A program made the translations under genes and the position numbers. DNA of 43,045 bases, from the IMG/VR virus record IMGVR_UViG_2049941000_000128, one strand, 5' to 3'. The notes beneath the pieces were generated by a model. The model worked only from the letters and a program-made list of their open reading frames with translations, searched no databases and was not told the DNA's origin. This stretch comes from an uncultured virus (IMG/VR IMGVR_UViG_2049941000_000128). Its lineage: Duplodnaviria > Heunggongvirae > Uroviricota > Caudoviricetes. Below, piece by piece: positions 20,394 to 29,330 of this stretch (position 1 is its first letter; each line of letters begins with the position of its first letter).

Positions 20394-21772
20394 CAGTCCT
20401 CTTCCATGATTTCCGCCAAGGCTTCCTTCAACAGAGGATCCTCAGTCGGGTTGAGTTTCGAATTTATTACTGGGTCTTTTCTAGGTACCTGGTGTGCAGC
20501 CAAGCAATACGCATCGCTTACGTCCGGAGACTTTCCGATTCTAATGCGTACATCGGTCTTCGGCTCGATTTGTAGCTTGTTCGAAGTGTTCTGCAACCAG
20601 TGTATGTTGGTCATCTCGCGCTTGAGTTCAGCCACCAGGGATTCGTCGACGAACTGGTTCTTGCTGAAAGTGTAGACATACAGTCCTTCGTCACGGATTA
20701 GCCTTGCACCCCGGAAATAGAGTTCAGCACGGATGTTGGCGTAAGTCTCAGGGTCTTCGGCCTTTCCGCCGAACGGTATTTGCGTACAAGGTATCTCATA
20801 TTTAAGTTGGTCGTAAACACTCTCAGACCACGCCAAGTCCATATTGAGTGAATTTATACGATATACCTTGTTAAACTTCTTAATCCAGGTTGCGACATCC
20901 GTGGAGTCAGCAGTACCGAAGTCGTGCAGTGCTACAATCTCCTTGTCTCCCAAGACCGCCGCAAACACATGACGGTCTCTATCTCCGGTATGAGCCATAT
21001 CGAGACCAGCCCAGACAAGGTCATTCTGTGACACGACCTTCGGACGGTCGGAGAAGTCATTTAATGACAGCATCGAAGTAGAGTTGTCGCCTAGAATCAG
21101 CTCTCCTTCGAGTTCCTGGCGTCGTAATTTCTCGTCAAAAATTGACGCAGCCATCAACGCACGTTGTTCTTCCGTGACATAGATGTTTTCCTTCGGCTTG
21201 GCTCTTAACAAAGTAATTCCGTTCTTCTCGGCCTCGATAATCATCAGCTGCCATTCGGAACTCATATTCGGAGTCGACACCGCACGGATCTGCGGATGGA
21301 TGTCACGACCGCGCAAGTCCCTACCACGCATAATAGGCGTGATAGAGGCTAGCATTGTCGGTTTGGACAACATAAATTCGTCAAGAATTGTCAGAGAGAT
21401 TTCTGTTGCACCACGGACGTTATCGGGATTCTCGTAGGTGCCCAGGAACATTGTCGCTTCACCCCACTGTGTCATCATATAACCAGTATAGGTAGAGCCG
21501 TTCCAACGCCAGCGCTCTTCGAGACCGAGCTTGCGTAAGAAATACTTCAAGTGCTTCTCTCCGCCCTTACGCCAAGCGGATAGGTCTTGAACGAAGTACA
21601 CGACATTCTGTCCGTCAAGGAGGCGGAGAATCATCAGCAATACGGCAACGAAAGTCTTTCCGGCGGCACGTGCAGAACAGATAGCGACGAACTTGTCTTC
21701 GCTCCGTAGAAACGCCTTCTGCACCGGCAGCAGCGGAATAGTGACTTCGATGCTATTGCTGGCTTCCGTCAT
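20393..21772 (-). CDS. terL: Terminase large subunit
   Basis: Walker A SARAAGKT, Walker B ILDEF, VSTP coupling motif, nuclease GLDMA..GDRD and SPDVSDA. Confidence 0.92.
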   Translation of the reverse strand: MTEASNSIEVTIPLLPVQKAFLRSEDKFVAICSARAAGKTFVAVLLMILRLLDGQNVVYFVQDLSAWRKGGEKHLKYFLRKLGLEERWRWNGSTYTGYMMTQWGEATMFLGTYENPDNVRGATEISLTILDEFMLSKPTMLASITPIMRGRDLRGRDIHPQIRAVSTPNMSSEWQLMIIEAEKNGITLLRAKPKENIYVTEEQRALMAASIFDEKLRRQELEGELILGDNSTSMLSLNDFSDRPKVVSQNDLVWAGLDMAHTGDRDRHVFAAVLGDKEIVALHDFGTADSTDVATWIKKFNKVYRINSLNMDLAWSESVYDQLKYEIPCTQIPFGGKAEDPETYANIRAELYFRGARLIRDEGLYVYTFSKNQFVDESLVAELKREMTNIHWLQNTSNKLQIEPKTDVRIRIGKSPDVSDAYCLAAHQVPRKDPVINSKLNPTEDPLLKEALAEIMEED

Positions 21773-22193
21773 TCTTCACTTCCTGTGCGTCTGTAAACTT
21801 GATAGAGAGCGGCTGGGTCGGGTCGCCATTGCTGGACACGTTAACTTGTACGCCGGGTGTTCCCACCTGGTCGCGGAAGGTAGCTCCGACAATCTTGAGG
21901 ATGGTCTCAAGCAGCTGTGCCTTTTCCGGATCCCTAGTCTTGATGGCTTCACGAAGCAAGTCCTCAAGACCAGCGTCGACTGCGGCATTGAGCAGATTTA
22001 TCTGAAGAGCAGTCTTGATGGCGCGAGCACGAACCATACGCTCGTGCCAGTCTTCCTTCGTCAAGCCGAGCACATCAGCATACTTGACAAGGTTGGCTGT
22101 CTTGTTGGGGTTATTGGCACCTTGACCGCGCTGTTTCGGAGCCAGCGGGTCTTTGTTTGCCTTGCGTGTTATGGGATCCTTCTTGCCAGCCAT
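21753..22193 (-). CDS. Probable terminase small subunit
   Basis: Immediately upstream of terL; basic N-terminus with NPN; C-terminal VNVS.NGD..QPLSIKF strand. Confidence 0.55.
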   Translation of the reverse strand: MAGKKDPITRKANKDPLAPKQRGQGANNPNKTANLVKYADVLGLTKEDWHERMVRARAIKTALQINLLNAAVDAGLEDLLREAIKTRDPEKAQLLETILKIVGATFRDQVGTPGVQVNVSSNGDPTQPLSIKFTDAQEVKNDGSQQ

Positions 22194-22465
22194 TACTTGG
22201 CCTCCAATGCCTTCCTTATGCGGTAAAGTTCACAGAGAATAGCTCGTTGCGGTGATGTCATACTGGCGACCGCCCACGGATAATCATTGTTGATGGCTTC
22301 GTTCGCCTCGTCAACCGGACTGTCCGGCCTAGCGAGCGACTCCGCGATTGGCTTAGGTAAGGTCTTACCCTGTTCCATCAGTGCATCAATCAAACTGGCT
22401 TCGGAGCAGTACGGTGCGTCAGTGATGACGCCTTCTGTAACTTTCTTTGAATTCTTCTTGGACAT
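22193..22465 (-). CDS. Hypothetical protein, first gene of packaging operon
   Basis: AAGGAG SD; TAATG-coupled to the next gene. Confidence 0.7.
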   Translation of the reverse strand: MSKKNSKKVTEGVITDAPYCSEASLIDALMEQGKTLPKPIAESLARPDSPVDEANEAINNDYPWAVASMTSPQRAILCELYRIRKALEAK

Positions 22466-22501
22466 AGCTATCTCCTTTCAGTTTATTAAATTACTTCAAA
22501 A

Positions 22502-22516
22502 CATGTATAACTATGC
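22502..22516 (-). promoter_or_regulatory. Candidate phage late promoter GCATAGTTATACATG
   Basis: Motif copy 36 nt upstream of the packaging operon ATG (22465). Confidence 0.6.
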
Positions 22517-22738
22517 ACGGATACCGCGTCGGCTCATATCCTTCCACATCTCTAGTGTCTTGTCGACATCACAGTCATCGCCGAAAATGGGCGACCCGTC
22601 CTCGTAATAGCCCAGAATGAGCTTACGGTCTTCGTCCTCCGGAGGATTGTCCCAAGCGTCCTTGATTACCCGGTAGCCGTAGTATGCCAATGCGGCCCCG
22701 GTAAGAAAAAATAAGAAAGGCTGTACGATCTTGCTCAT
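22511..22738 (-). CDS. Small single-TM protein
   Basis: 75 aa; hydrophobic N-terminus; TAATTT-N7-ATG start context. Confidence 0.6.
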   Translation of the reverse strand: MSKIVQPFLFFLTGAALAYYGYRVIKDAWDNPPEDEDRKLILGYYEDGSPIFGDDCDVDKTLEMWKDMSRRGIRA

Positions 22739-22767
22739 ACAGCCTAAATTAGTTCAATTCAGTCGAA

Positions 22768-23016
22768 TTATCGTTTCTACGACGAAACGATAAAATTTTC
22801 TAAGCCGTCTGTCAACCCCGAAAATCTTACAAAAACCTTATTTTTAGAGCGCCGGGGCCTAATTAGGCCCTAAGCGCCTGTATTCTAGTATACTAGTATA
22901 CTATAGGATTACATACAAATTCTAGAGAAATGACGATTTTGAGCGAATTTCGACAATTTGATAAAAAAAAATCCAATATAGAAGAATAATTTTATATATA
23001 GAATACATCTAGGGGG
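22768..23016. other. AT-rich divergent intergenic region with palindromes (origin candidate)
   Basis: 10-bp inverted repeat 22768-22793; perfect palindromes 22855-22870 and 22886-22903; runs into an N gap. Confidence 0.45.
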
Positions 23017-23229
23017 NNNNNNNNNNNNNNNNNNNNNNNNNNNNNNNNNNNNNNNNNNNNNNNNNNNNNNNNNNNNNNNNNNNNNNNNNNNNNNNNNNNN
23101 NNNNNNNNNNNNNNNNNNNNNNNNNNNNNNNNNNNNNNNNNNNNNNNNNNNGCTGGGAGTTAGCAAAATGGGTGCCAATCATTAAGCTAATTTCTCAGCC
23201 GAACCTTTAAAGTTAATGCAGAGTAAGAA

Positions 23230-24726
23230 ATGACCGAAGAACAAGAACAGATTTTCACAGATTGGTTTAACGCCAAGAAGTTCATCATCCAGTACAACGG
23301 CAAAGTCCGTGATGCCGGAAACCGACCCGTAGCCACGAAGGCAATACTTACCGCTTGGAAGGCACTGAAGGGTTTCAACGAGAATTATTTCGCGATAGAC
23401 GATGACGACATCGACGCATACGTCGCATCGCACATTCCAGTAAAGGAAGAGGTGTCCGACGGCAAGCCGACCGCACAAGAGCTGATGCTCAACTTCACGA
23501 GCAAGTTCCTTGACGAATTCGAATTGCGCATAGAGAGCAACACGCCCATCATCTTCAAGAAAGGCGGACTGTACAACGAACAGGTCGGTCTGAAGGACGC
23601 CGCAAAGGAAACTCGGATAGCCCTAATCCAAGATAACATACCGTGTCCGAAGCTGGAAGAAGCCACCGCCTATGCCGAACAGATCCACCGCGAGTTCGTC
23701 CGTAACCAGCGGGAGGAAGCACTCCGAAAGATTATGTACAATCCGGATGTGAAGGGTCGCGGATTCAAGTTCGTGGACTGGACTAACACCGTCTTCGAGA
23801 AATACGGCATCGCGAGTACCAAGCTAAACCGCAAGATGTGGCGGTACCTCATTCACTCCACGAAGAGGGCAGCATTCGGACTAAAGCCTAACGACTTGCG
23901 TATCTTCTTCCTGATTTACAGCCGTACGCAGGGCATCGGTAAGTCAAGGCTGCTTGCCCACATCTGCGACCCCTTCAAGTACGCATTCAACAACGCAGTG
24001 ACCCTTGGCGACTTCTTGGATAAGTCCTCCGTCAAGGCTTTGACCAAGGGAGCATACGCCTTGCTTGACTTCCAAGAGCTGGGTATGGGCAAGAACGCAT
24101 CCACCGTATCTGCCGCCGACCTCGGTGCCTTGATGAAGCGTGTCATTACGCTCGATGTCGAAAAGGGTAGGGAACTCTACACTACGACGGATACGGCAAG
24201 CTTGATGAATATGGTGTTTGCATCCTCTACCAACTTGCACATCAGCGATGTAATCCAGGACACGGAATACCGTCGATACTTCAGCTTCGACTCTATGCTG
24301 ACCAGAGACGAAGCCATCGACCGTGACTGGAGCGAAATTGACGAATTTTTCGATAACACCTTGATTGACGCCTACCAGTTCCTTGACGAGAACGAAGTGC
24401 CGACTCTTGGGGCTGAGATGGAGCACGAGCTTCACGAACTCCAGCTCACCTACAGCCGAAGGACGGACATCATTACGCTGTGGCTCCGCGATATGGGGAT
24501 GGAGCTTGTGGACTCTGTCGACGGCGAAGTACCGGACAATGCCGACTCGATGGAACGCAGCAAGCTCTACCGCGTATTCTCCAGATTCGTGAGCAAGAAC
24601 GGCTTTAAGCAGATGTCCGTCGCAAGGATGAGCCAGCTCATTTCGACCTCCAAGGACATCCTTCCGCAAGACAAGTCCGATGGAAAATCCTACTATTACT
24701 TGAGGAAGGTCGCCAATGAAGAATAG
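23230..24726 (+). CDS. VapE/VirE-like P-loop helicase (replication ATPase)
   Basis: SRTQGIGKS Walker A, LLDFQEL Walker B, FASSTN....IQDTEYRRYF, C-terminal winged-helix-like region. Confidence 0.8.
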   Translation: MTEEQEQIFTDWFNAKKFIIQYNGKVRDAGNRPVATKAILTAWKALKGFNENYFAIDDDDIDAYVASHIPVKEEVSDGKPTAQELMLNFTSKFLDEFELRIESNTPIIFKKGGLYNEQVGLKDAAKETRIALIQDNIPCPKLEEATAYAEQIHREFVRNQREEALRKIMYNPDVKGRGFKFVDWTNTVFEKYGIASTKLNRKMWRYLIHSTKRAAFGLKPNDLRIFFLIYSRTQGIGKSRLLAHICDPFKYAFNNAVTLGDFLDKSSVKALTKGAYALLDFQELGMGKNASTVSAADLGALMKRVITLDVEKGRELYTTTDTASLMNMVFASSTNLHISDVIQDTEYRRYFSFDSMLTRDEAIDRDWSEIDEFFDNTLIDAYQFLDENEVPTLGAEMEHELHELQLTYSRRTDIITLWLRDMGMELVDSVDGEVPDNADSMERSKLYRVFSRFVSKNGFKQMSVARMSQLISTSKDILPQDKSDGKSYYYLRKVANEE

Positions 24727-26914
24727 GGTTTACATCGACTTTGAATTCAACCAGCCCAATGAACTCCACATGGGCCTTATCTGCTGTGCTCTGTCCGTAA
24801 ATGGTGGAAAGGCGGAAAAGTTCTGGCTGTTGGACGGCTCCGATACAGATGCTTTGATCCGTAGGCTTGACGAGCTTGATTCGTACACGATGGTCGCATA
24901 CAACGTGGATATGGCTGAAGGACGGTGCTTCCGCGCTCTTGGACTAGACCCAAGGAAGTTTGTATGGAATGACCTTTACTTGGACTGGAAATGGCTCCGT
25001 AATGGCGACGACCGATACACTTACGGCAATGTCATCTCCAGCGACTACAAGACCTCTTGGTCTATGCCTCCGGTATCCAAGCTCACCAAGAGGATGAGCA
25101 AGGAAGACGAAGAGGACGCCCGTCAAGACAATATGGACGCATGCCGTGCCGAAGCTCGTGAACGCGGGTGTATGGTTACGAACCAAGAAGCTGGGTTCGG
25201 TCTTCTCGATGCCGAATACTTTTTCAATGTCATCGACAAGGAAGATGTAATTGAGGACAAGGAAACGAAGCACCGCATAAGGGAAGGCATCATTATCGCA
25301 AACCGCGACAATCCGGAAGCGATAGCCGATAACAAGGAGCTTATCCTAGAATACTGCTCTTCCGATATCAGTCGGATGGCTGACCTTGACAGAGAAATTA
25401 ACCACGAAATGTTGTCTGTAGGCTCTCAGCGTCATTTGTTCGTAATGGACGGGGAAATCCTCCAGTGTCCTTTGAACAAGATAAAGCCGATAAACGAAAT
25501 CCGCGATATGATGGGTCATTGGGCTGCACAGCTGGCTATGTATTCCGCAAGGGGAATCCCACTGCATAAGGACAAGTACGAGTCGGTGAAGGCGGCTGTC
25601 CCCAAGATTCTTACGGATACGCAGATGCGCTGGAATGTCGACCATCCAGACAATCCGATTTACCGTATCGGCAAGAACAATAGGATGATTCTGTCGAAGA
25701 AGAAGCAACTGCTGAAGAAGTCTCCGTACAAGGATCCGGTAATCACGAAGGATAGCGACTTAATCGAAGATATGATAGCAAGGTACTGCGAGACCAACGA
25801 TGTGGCTTGGCGACGAACAGCCGCCGGAAGCTACAGCCTTGATTCCAACTACCTCAAGGAAATGGACGACGGCGGACTTATCCACGACTACAAGAAGCAC
25901 ACGGAAGCACTGTCGTCCATCAAGGCGATGGCCGTGCAAGATGACGGCAGTGTTAAGTTGGATGCATCCATCGGTTCCGATGGTAAACAGAGACCGTCAT
26001 TCGGGCCGTTTGGCACCAAAACCGGGAGGAACGCCACGAAGGCGAGCACATTCATCTTCCTCGGCCCCAAATGGTTCAGAATTTTGGTTAACCCGAAGAA
26101 AGATACCTATGTCTGTGACTTGGATGCCCACTCGGAAGAAGTCGCAATCGCCGCCGCACTGTACAACGACGAGAACAAGCGAAAGGTCTACCGCTCTGCC
26201 GATGTGTATATGATGTACGCCCAGTTGGCCGGAGCCTATCCCGCTGATAAGCCTATCCTTACAGAAGACCAGCGAGAGACCGAAAAGTGGTTTAAAGAGG
26301 AACACTGGGATCGCGTCCGCAAGAACTACAAGTCTGGTTTCTTGGGAATGCAGTTCGGAATGGGCGCGAACAGCCTTCAACGCCGTGTAGCAGCGTCACT
26401 TCCACCAGCTGAACGCGACAAGCTTCCGTGGGATTTCGGTGAGAAGTTTGTCGACGAGTACCACGACACATTCGCCCAGGAGTTCGAATGCGTAAGTGAA
26501 TTGAAAGCTCTTTATAAGCAGGGATTCTGTGGCGGAATCGTGCTCGCAGATGGGTGGAGAATAGGCCCCGACGACCCCAACATTCTGTCTATTGGAAACT
26601 ACCCGGTGCAGGGAACGGGCGCTGTAATTCTGAGAAGAGCTTGTACGCTGTGCGACGAAGCTGGCGTTAAAATCTATGCGACACTGCACGATGCCATCTC
26701 GATTACGGGCAAGCTAAAAAATATGGATTCCGATATCCAGAAGGCGACGGCTGCGTTCGAGCAAGCTGCTGACGAAGTTCTGGGCGAAGACTTGATGCTT
26801 GTCGGAAATCCGGAAGTCGTTAAGCACGGTGAGAATTGGTTACACTCGTCCGATGCTAAGGATCAATGGAATTCGATGGCACAAAAGTACTTCAAGCAGT
26901 ACATAATCGACTAA
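24716..26914 (+). CDS. polA: DNA polymerase family A with 3'-5' exonuclease
   Basis: Exo YIDFE, VAYN, YCSSD; TKTGRN; motif A CDLDAHSEE; motif B RKNYKSGFLGMQFG; NYPVQGTGA; motif C TLHDAI. Confidence 0.92.
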   Translation: MKNRVYIDFEFNQPNELHMGLICCALSVNGGKAEKFWLLDGSDTDALIRRLDELDSYTMVAYNVDMAEGRCFRALGLDPRKFVWNDLYLDWKWLRNGDDRYTYGNVISSDYKTSWSMPPVSKLTKRMSKEDEEDARQDNMDACRAEARERGCMVTNQEAGFGLLDAEYFFNVIDKEDVIEDKETKHRIREGIIIANRDNPEAIADNKELILEYCSSDISRMADLDREINHEMLSVGSQRHLFVMDGEILQCPLNKIKPINEIRDMMGHWAAQLAMYSARGIPLHKDKYESVKAAVPKILTDTQMRWNVDHPDNPIYRIGKNNRMILSKKKQLLKKSPYKDPVITKDSDLIEDMIARYCETNDVAWRRTAAGSYSLDSNYLKEMDDGGLIHDYKKHTEALSSIKAMAVQDDGSVKLDASIGSDGKQRPSFGPFGTKTGRNATKASTFIFLGPKWFRILVNPKKDTYVCDLDAHSEEVAIAAALYNDENKRKVYRSADVYMMYAQLAGAYPADKPILTEDQRETEKWFKEEHWDRVRKNYKSGFLGMQFGMGANSLQRRVAASLPPAERDKLPWDFGEKFVDEYHDTFAQEFECVSELKALYKQGFCGGIVLADGWRIGPDDPNILSIGNYPVQGTGAVILRRACTLCDEAGVKIYATLHDAISITGKLKNMDSDIQKATAAFEQAADEVLGEDLMLVGNPEVVKHGENWLHSSDAKDQWNSMAQKYFKQYIID

Positions 26915-26933
26915 GTTGCCATTCAAATTCGAC

Positions 26934-26945
26934 TTTGCTATATTT
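26934..26945 (+). promoter_or_regulatory. Candidate host-type promoter TTTGCTATATTT
   Basis: Identical 12-mer at 28883-28894; followed by hairpin GAGGGG-atg-CCCCTC and an AAGGAG SD. Confidence 0.55.
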
Positions 26946-26991
26946 TAATCAATCACCGAGGGGATGCCCCTCACAAATAAAGGAGTTAGCA

Positions 26992-27651
26992 ATGGCTAAC
27001 ATGTTAGATACCCTCCGTGCCAAGCGTGATGCTGGCGAAATCTCCACTTCTTCTACCGGTGCCAAGATTGCCGGNNNNNNNNNNNNNNNNNNNNNNNNNN
27101 NNNNNNNNNNNNNNNNNNNNNNNNNNNNNNNNNNNNNNNNNNNNNNNNNNNNNNNNNNNNNNNNNNNNNNNNNNNNNNNNNNNNNNNNNNNNNNNNNNNN
27201 NNNNNNNNAGGATACGGATCCTGAAGCGATTGGTGGTATTTTCACGGAATACGTGTCCGTCAAGAACGAAGATATGGCGAACAAGAAGTACCTTCAGATC
27301 AGCGACTGGCTTTCTGCCGCTGGTGTCAAGGACGAAAAGATGGTCGACGAAGACGATGAAGGAATTCAAGAAGCTCTTCGCACACTAATTCTTTGCGCCC
27401 AGAAGTATGCGTCCAAGAAGGAAATCACCGCTAACTGCTTCCGCAAGGCAAGCGACAAGGTTGACTCCAACGGTCGCCCTTATTACAACAACTACTTCGA
27501 CGATCCGAATGCCGATGCTTCCGACGATGACGAAGCCGAGCAGAAGACCGAGAAGAAGGAAGCTCCTAAGAAGGACGATGCCGTAGTCGGTAAGTCGCCG
27601 TACAAGACCAAGACCCAGTCCAAGAACAAGGTCGAAGACGACGAAGACTAA
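26992..27651 (+). CDS. Putative single-stranded DNA-binding protein (N gap inside)
   Basis: Follows polA; GRPYYNNYF strand; acidic tail VEDDED; own promoter, SD and terminator. Confidence 0.55.
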   Translation: MANMLDTLRAKRDAGEISTSSTGAKIAXXXXXXXXXXXXXXXXXXXXXXXXXXXXXXXXXXXXXXXXXXXXXXDTDPEAIGGIFTEYVSVKNEDMANKKYLQISDWLSAAGVKDEKMVDEDDEGIQEALRTLILCAQKYASKKEITANCFRKASDKVDSNGRPYYNNYFDDPNADASDDDEAEQKTEKKEAPKKDDAVVGKSPYKTKTQSKNKVEDDED

Positions 27652-27670
27652 TTTTCCTGATGAAGCGTTG

Positions 27671-27702
27671 GGGAGGTCGGCCATTAGTCGGCCTCCCTTT
27701 TT
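27671..27702 (+). terminator. Intrinsic terminator
   Basis: GGGAGGTCGGC-catta-GTCGGCCTCCC then TTTTT. Confidence 0.85.
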
Positions 27703-27720
27703 CAAATCCCAAGGGGACTT

Positions 27721-28487
27721 ATGAAAACAGAAAACGAGATTTTAATTAAGGCTNNNNNNNNNNGGGGATGACCGCGACATTATCCACGCCGGTAGCCTTG
27801 ACAAACTTGTCCTTNNNNNNNNNNTGCAACATCAGTTGCATCGTGGAAGACGACGGCAGCTTTTTTCCTGTAGTCGATGGGCGTCTGGCAAATCCGCTAG
27901 ACCCGGAGAGCTACATATCTGTCTTCCGCCGTAACGAACGGTATCGCACATCCAACGCCGCAGAGTTGCTTGACAAGGTGCTGTGTACTTGCGAACATGC
28001 CTACAAGTTCCGCAAGGCTGGTTTCGAGGTTGTCACATACAGCACGACCGGTGTTCCGAAAGTTATCAAGTCGGAAGGCATCGTTCATATTTTGGGCGAC
28101 TATTCCAAGAAGAACAACTTAATTTATCCGATACTTTGCGTACAACTTAGCGATTCAACCTACGACCAGTCGAAGTCTGAGGCGTGGTCTAAGTACAAGT
28201 TCACGACTCCGGACAAGATAGATACCGTGTCGGAGTTCGACAGCAAGCCGGTGCGTGGGCATCTTGGTGCAGACGAGTGTTCAAGCACTACATATACGCT
28301 GAATGCGGACAAGTACGTGAACCAGAACATAGTCACGATACATGTTAGCGACGAATTTACAGCCAGAGGCCGTGACACGGATTACGAAGTCACATTCAGC
28401 TGCAAGGAAAAGCCAAAGAAGAGGAAGGCGGTTGCCAGAAAGACTACACCTGACTATGTTTGGCAAGACAAGGAGGATATCCAATGA
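27721..28487 (+). CDS. Hypothetical protein (interrupted by gaps and a misplaced fragment at 27764-27814)
   Basis: MKTENEILIKA start after AAGGGG; open frame resumes at 27825; the insert copies 31554-31603. Confidence 0.55.
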
Positions 28488-28876
28488 AATACGATGTAGT
28501 TACTTTGTACACATTCTCTATGTTCAGCTTGCTATCTGGTGCAGTAGTTTGTACGCAACCGACAGAGCTGGAAGAGGTTAAGCTTCGCTATGACGATATG
28601 CTGAAGATGCTCGGTAAAGAGGAACCGGTTGAGCTATTCCTTGCCGACGAGAACTACTGGCCGAACTACACTTCGGACAAGTGGCCGTGGGCTAGCAGCA
28701 GCACCGAATTTACGGAGTTTGTGCGCCAGATGGTTGTCGGTATTCCGGATTCCAAGGACAAGGACTTGCAAGTCTTTACGATGACTGCAATTCTTAACAA
28801 CGAGGAAATCGAGACGAAATACCGACTGTCGCGTGTAAAGCCTAAAGTTTTATCGCAAATGCTGTTGCCATTTTAA
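28484..28876 (+). CDS. Hypothetical protein
   Basis: MKYDVV start with GGAGG SD and ATGA overlap. Confidence 0.7.
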   Translation: MKYDVVTLYTFSMFSLLSGAVVCTQPTELEEVKLRYDDMLKMLGKEEPVELFLADENYWPNYTSDKWPWASSSTEFTEFVRQMVVGIPDSKDKDLQVFTMTAILNNEEIETKYRLSRVKPKVLSQMLLPF

Positions 28877-28882
28877 TCGCGA

Positions 28883-28894
28883 TTTGCTATATTT
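28883..28894 (+). promoter_or_regulatory. Candidate host-type promoter TTTGCTATATTT
   Basis: Second copy of the 12-mer at 26934. Confidence 0.55.
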
Positions 28895-28900
28895 AGGATA

Positions 28901-28997
28901 GGTTCACTTGTTGCCATAAGGGAACCGCACCGCACACATCAAGGGTAACTGTGCGGTGCAGAGCATGGGGATGCTCTCCTAGCCCCCGGCTGGGTTT
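28901..28997 (+). ncRNA. Candidate structured small RNA, four abutting hairpins (3' end at gap)
   Basis: GGTTC/GAACC, GCACCGCACA/TGTGCGGTGC, AGAGCAT/ATGCTCT, CCTAGCC/GGCTGGG then TTT; starts 7 nt after TATATT. Confidence 0.55.
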
Positions 28998-29009
28998 NNN
29001 NNNNNNNAG

Positions 29010-29297
29010 GTCAAAGACCGTCTGGCTAAGCTGACCGGGCAGGGTTCAATCAATGTCAAGGGCGTCCCTAGCGACAAGGTAGAGACGGCTCCAAAGAAGG
29101 ATTACCGTGCGAAGTGGTCGTCCGAGCGTGTCCGCGTGAAGATGGACGACGGTACTTGGAAGTGGCGTCTCCGGTCAGAGTGCGAGAAGGTTCCGGTTCC
29201 GGGACAGCGCGGTAAGTGGAAGTGGGCCGTGAAGTCCACAGAGGTTGAAATGTCTAATGAACCTCTGGAAGACGAGCACCAGTGCCTCAGTTATTAA
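29010..29297 (+). CDS. 5'-partial hypothetical basic protein (absent from ORF track)
   Basis: 95 open codons from the gap: VKDRLAK...VKMDDGTWKWRLRSEC...GKWKWAVK...CLSY*. Confidence 0.6.
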   Translation, partial: VKDRLAKLTGQGSINVKGVPSDKVETAPKKDYRAKWSSERVRVKMDDGTWKWRLRSECEKVPVPGQRGKWKWAVKSTEVEMSNEPLEDEHQCLSY

Positions 29298-29330
29298 AGA
29301 AGGACATCCTTACCGGATGCCTTTTTTCTT
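29296..29330. terminator. Probable terminator at convergent junction
   Basis: AAGG-a-CATCC-ttacc-GGATG-CCTT followed by a T run, preceded by an A-rich run. Confidence 0.55.

Noticed and set aside
15585..26914. Introns or inteins in coat, terL, helicase or polA
   Set aside because: These ORFs are continuous and of ordinary length, with no intein-like termini noticed; the HNH is intergenic
27764..27814. Insertion of glycosyltransferase sequence into a replication-region gene
   Set aside because: About 50 bp copy of 31554-31603 between two N gaps; a misplaced contig fragment
28901..28997. tRNA or CRISPR repeat
   Set aside because: No acceptor stem, T-loop or cloverleaf; the hairpins differ in sequence and have no spacers
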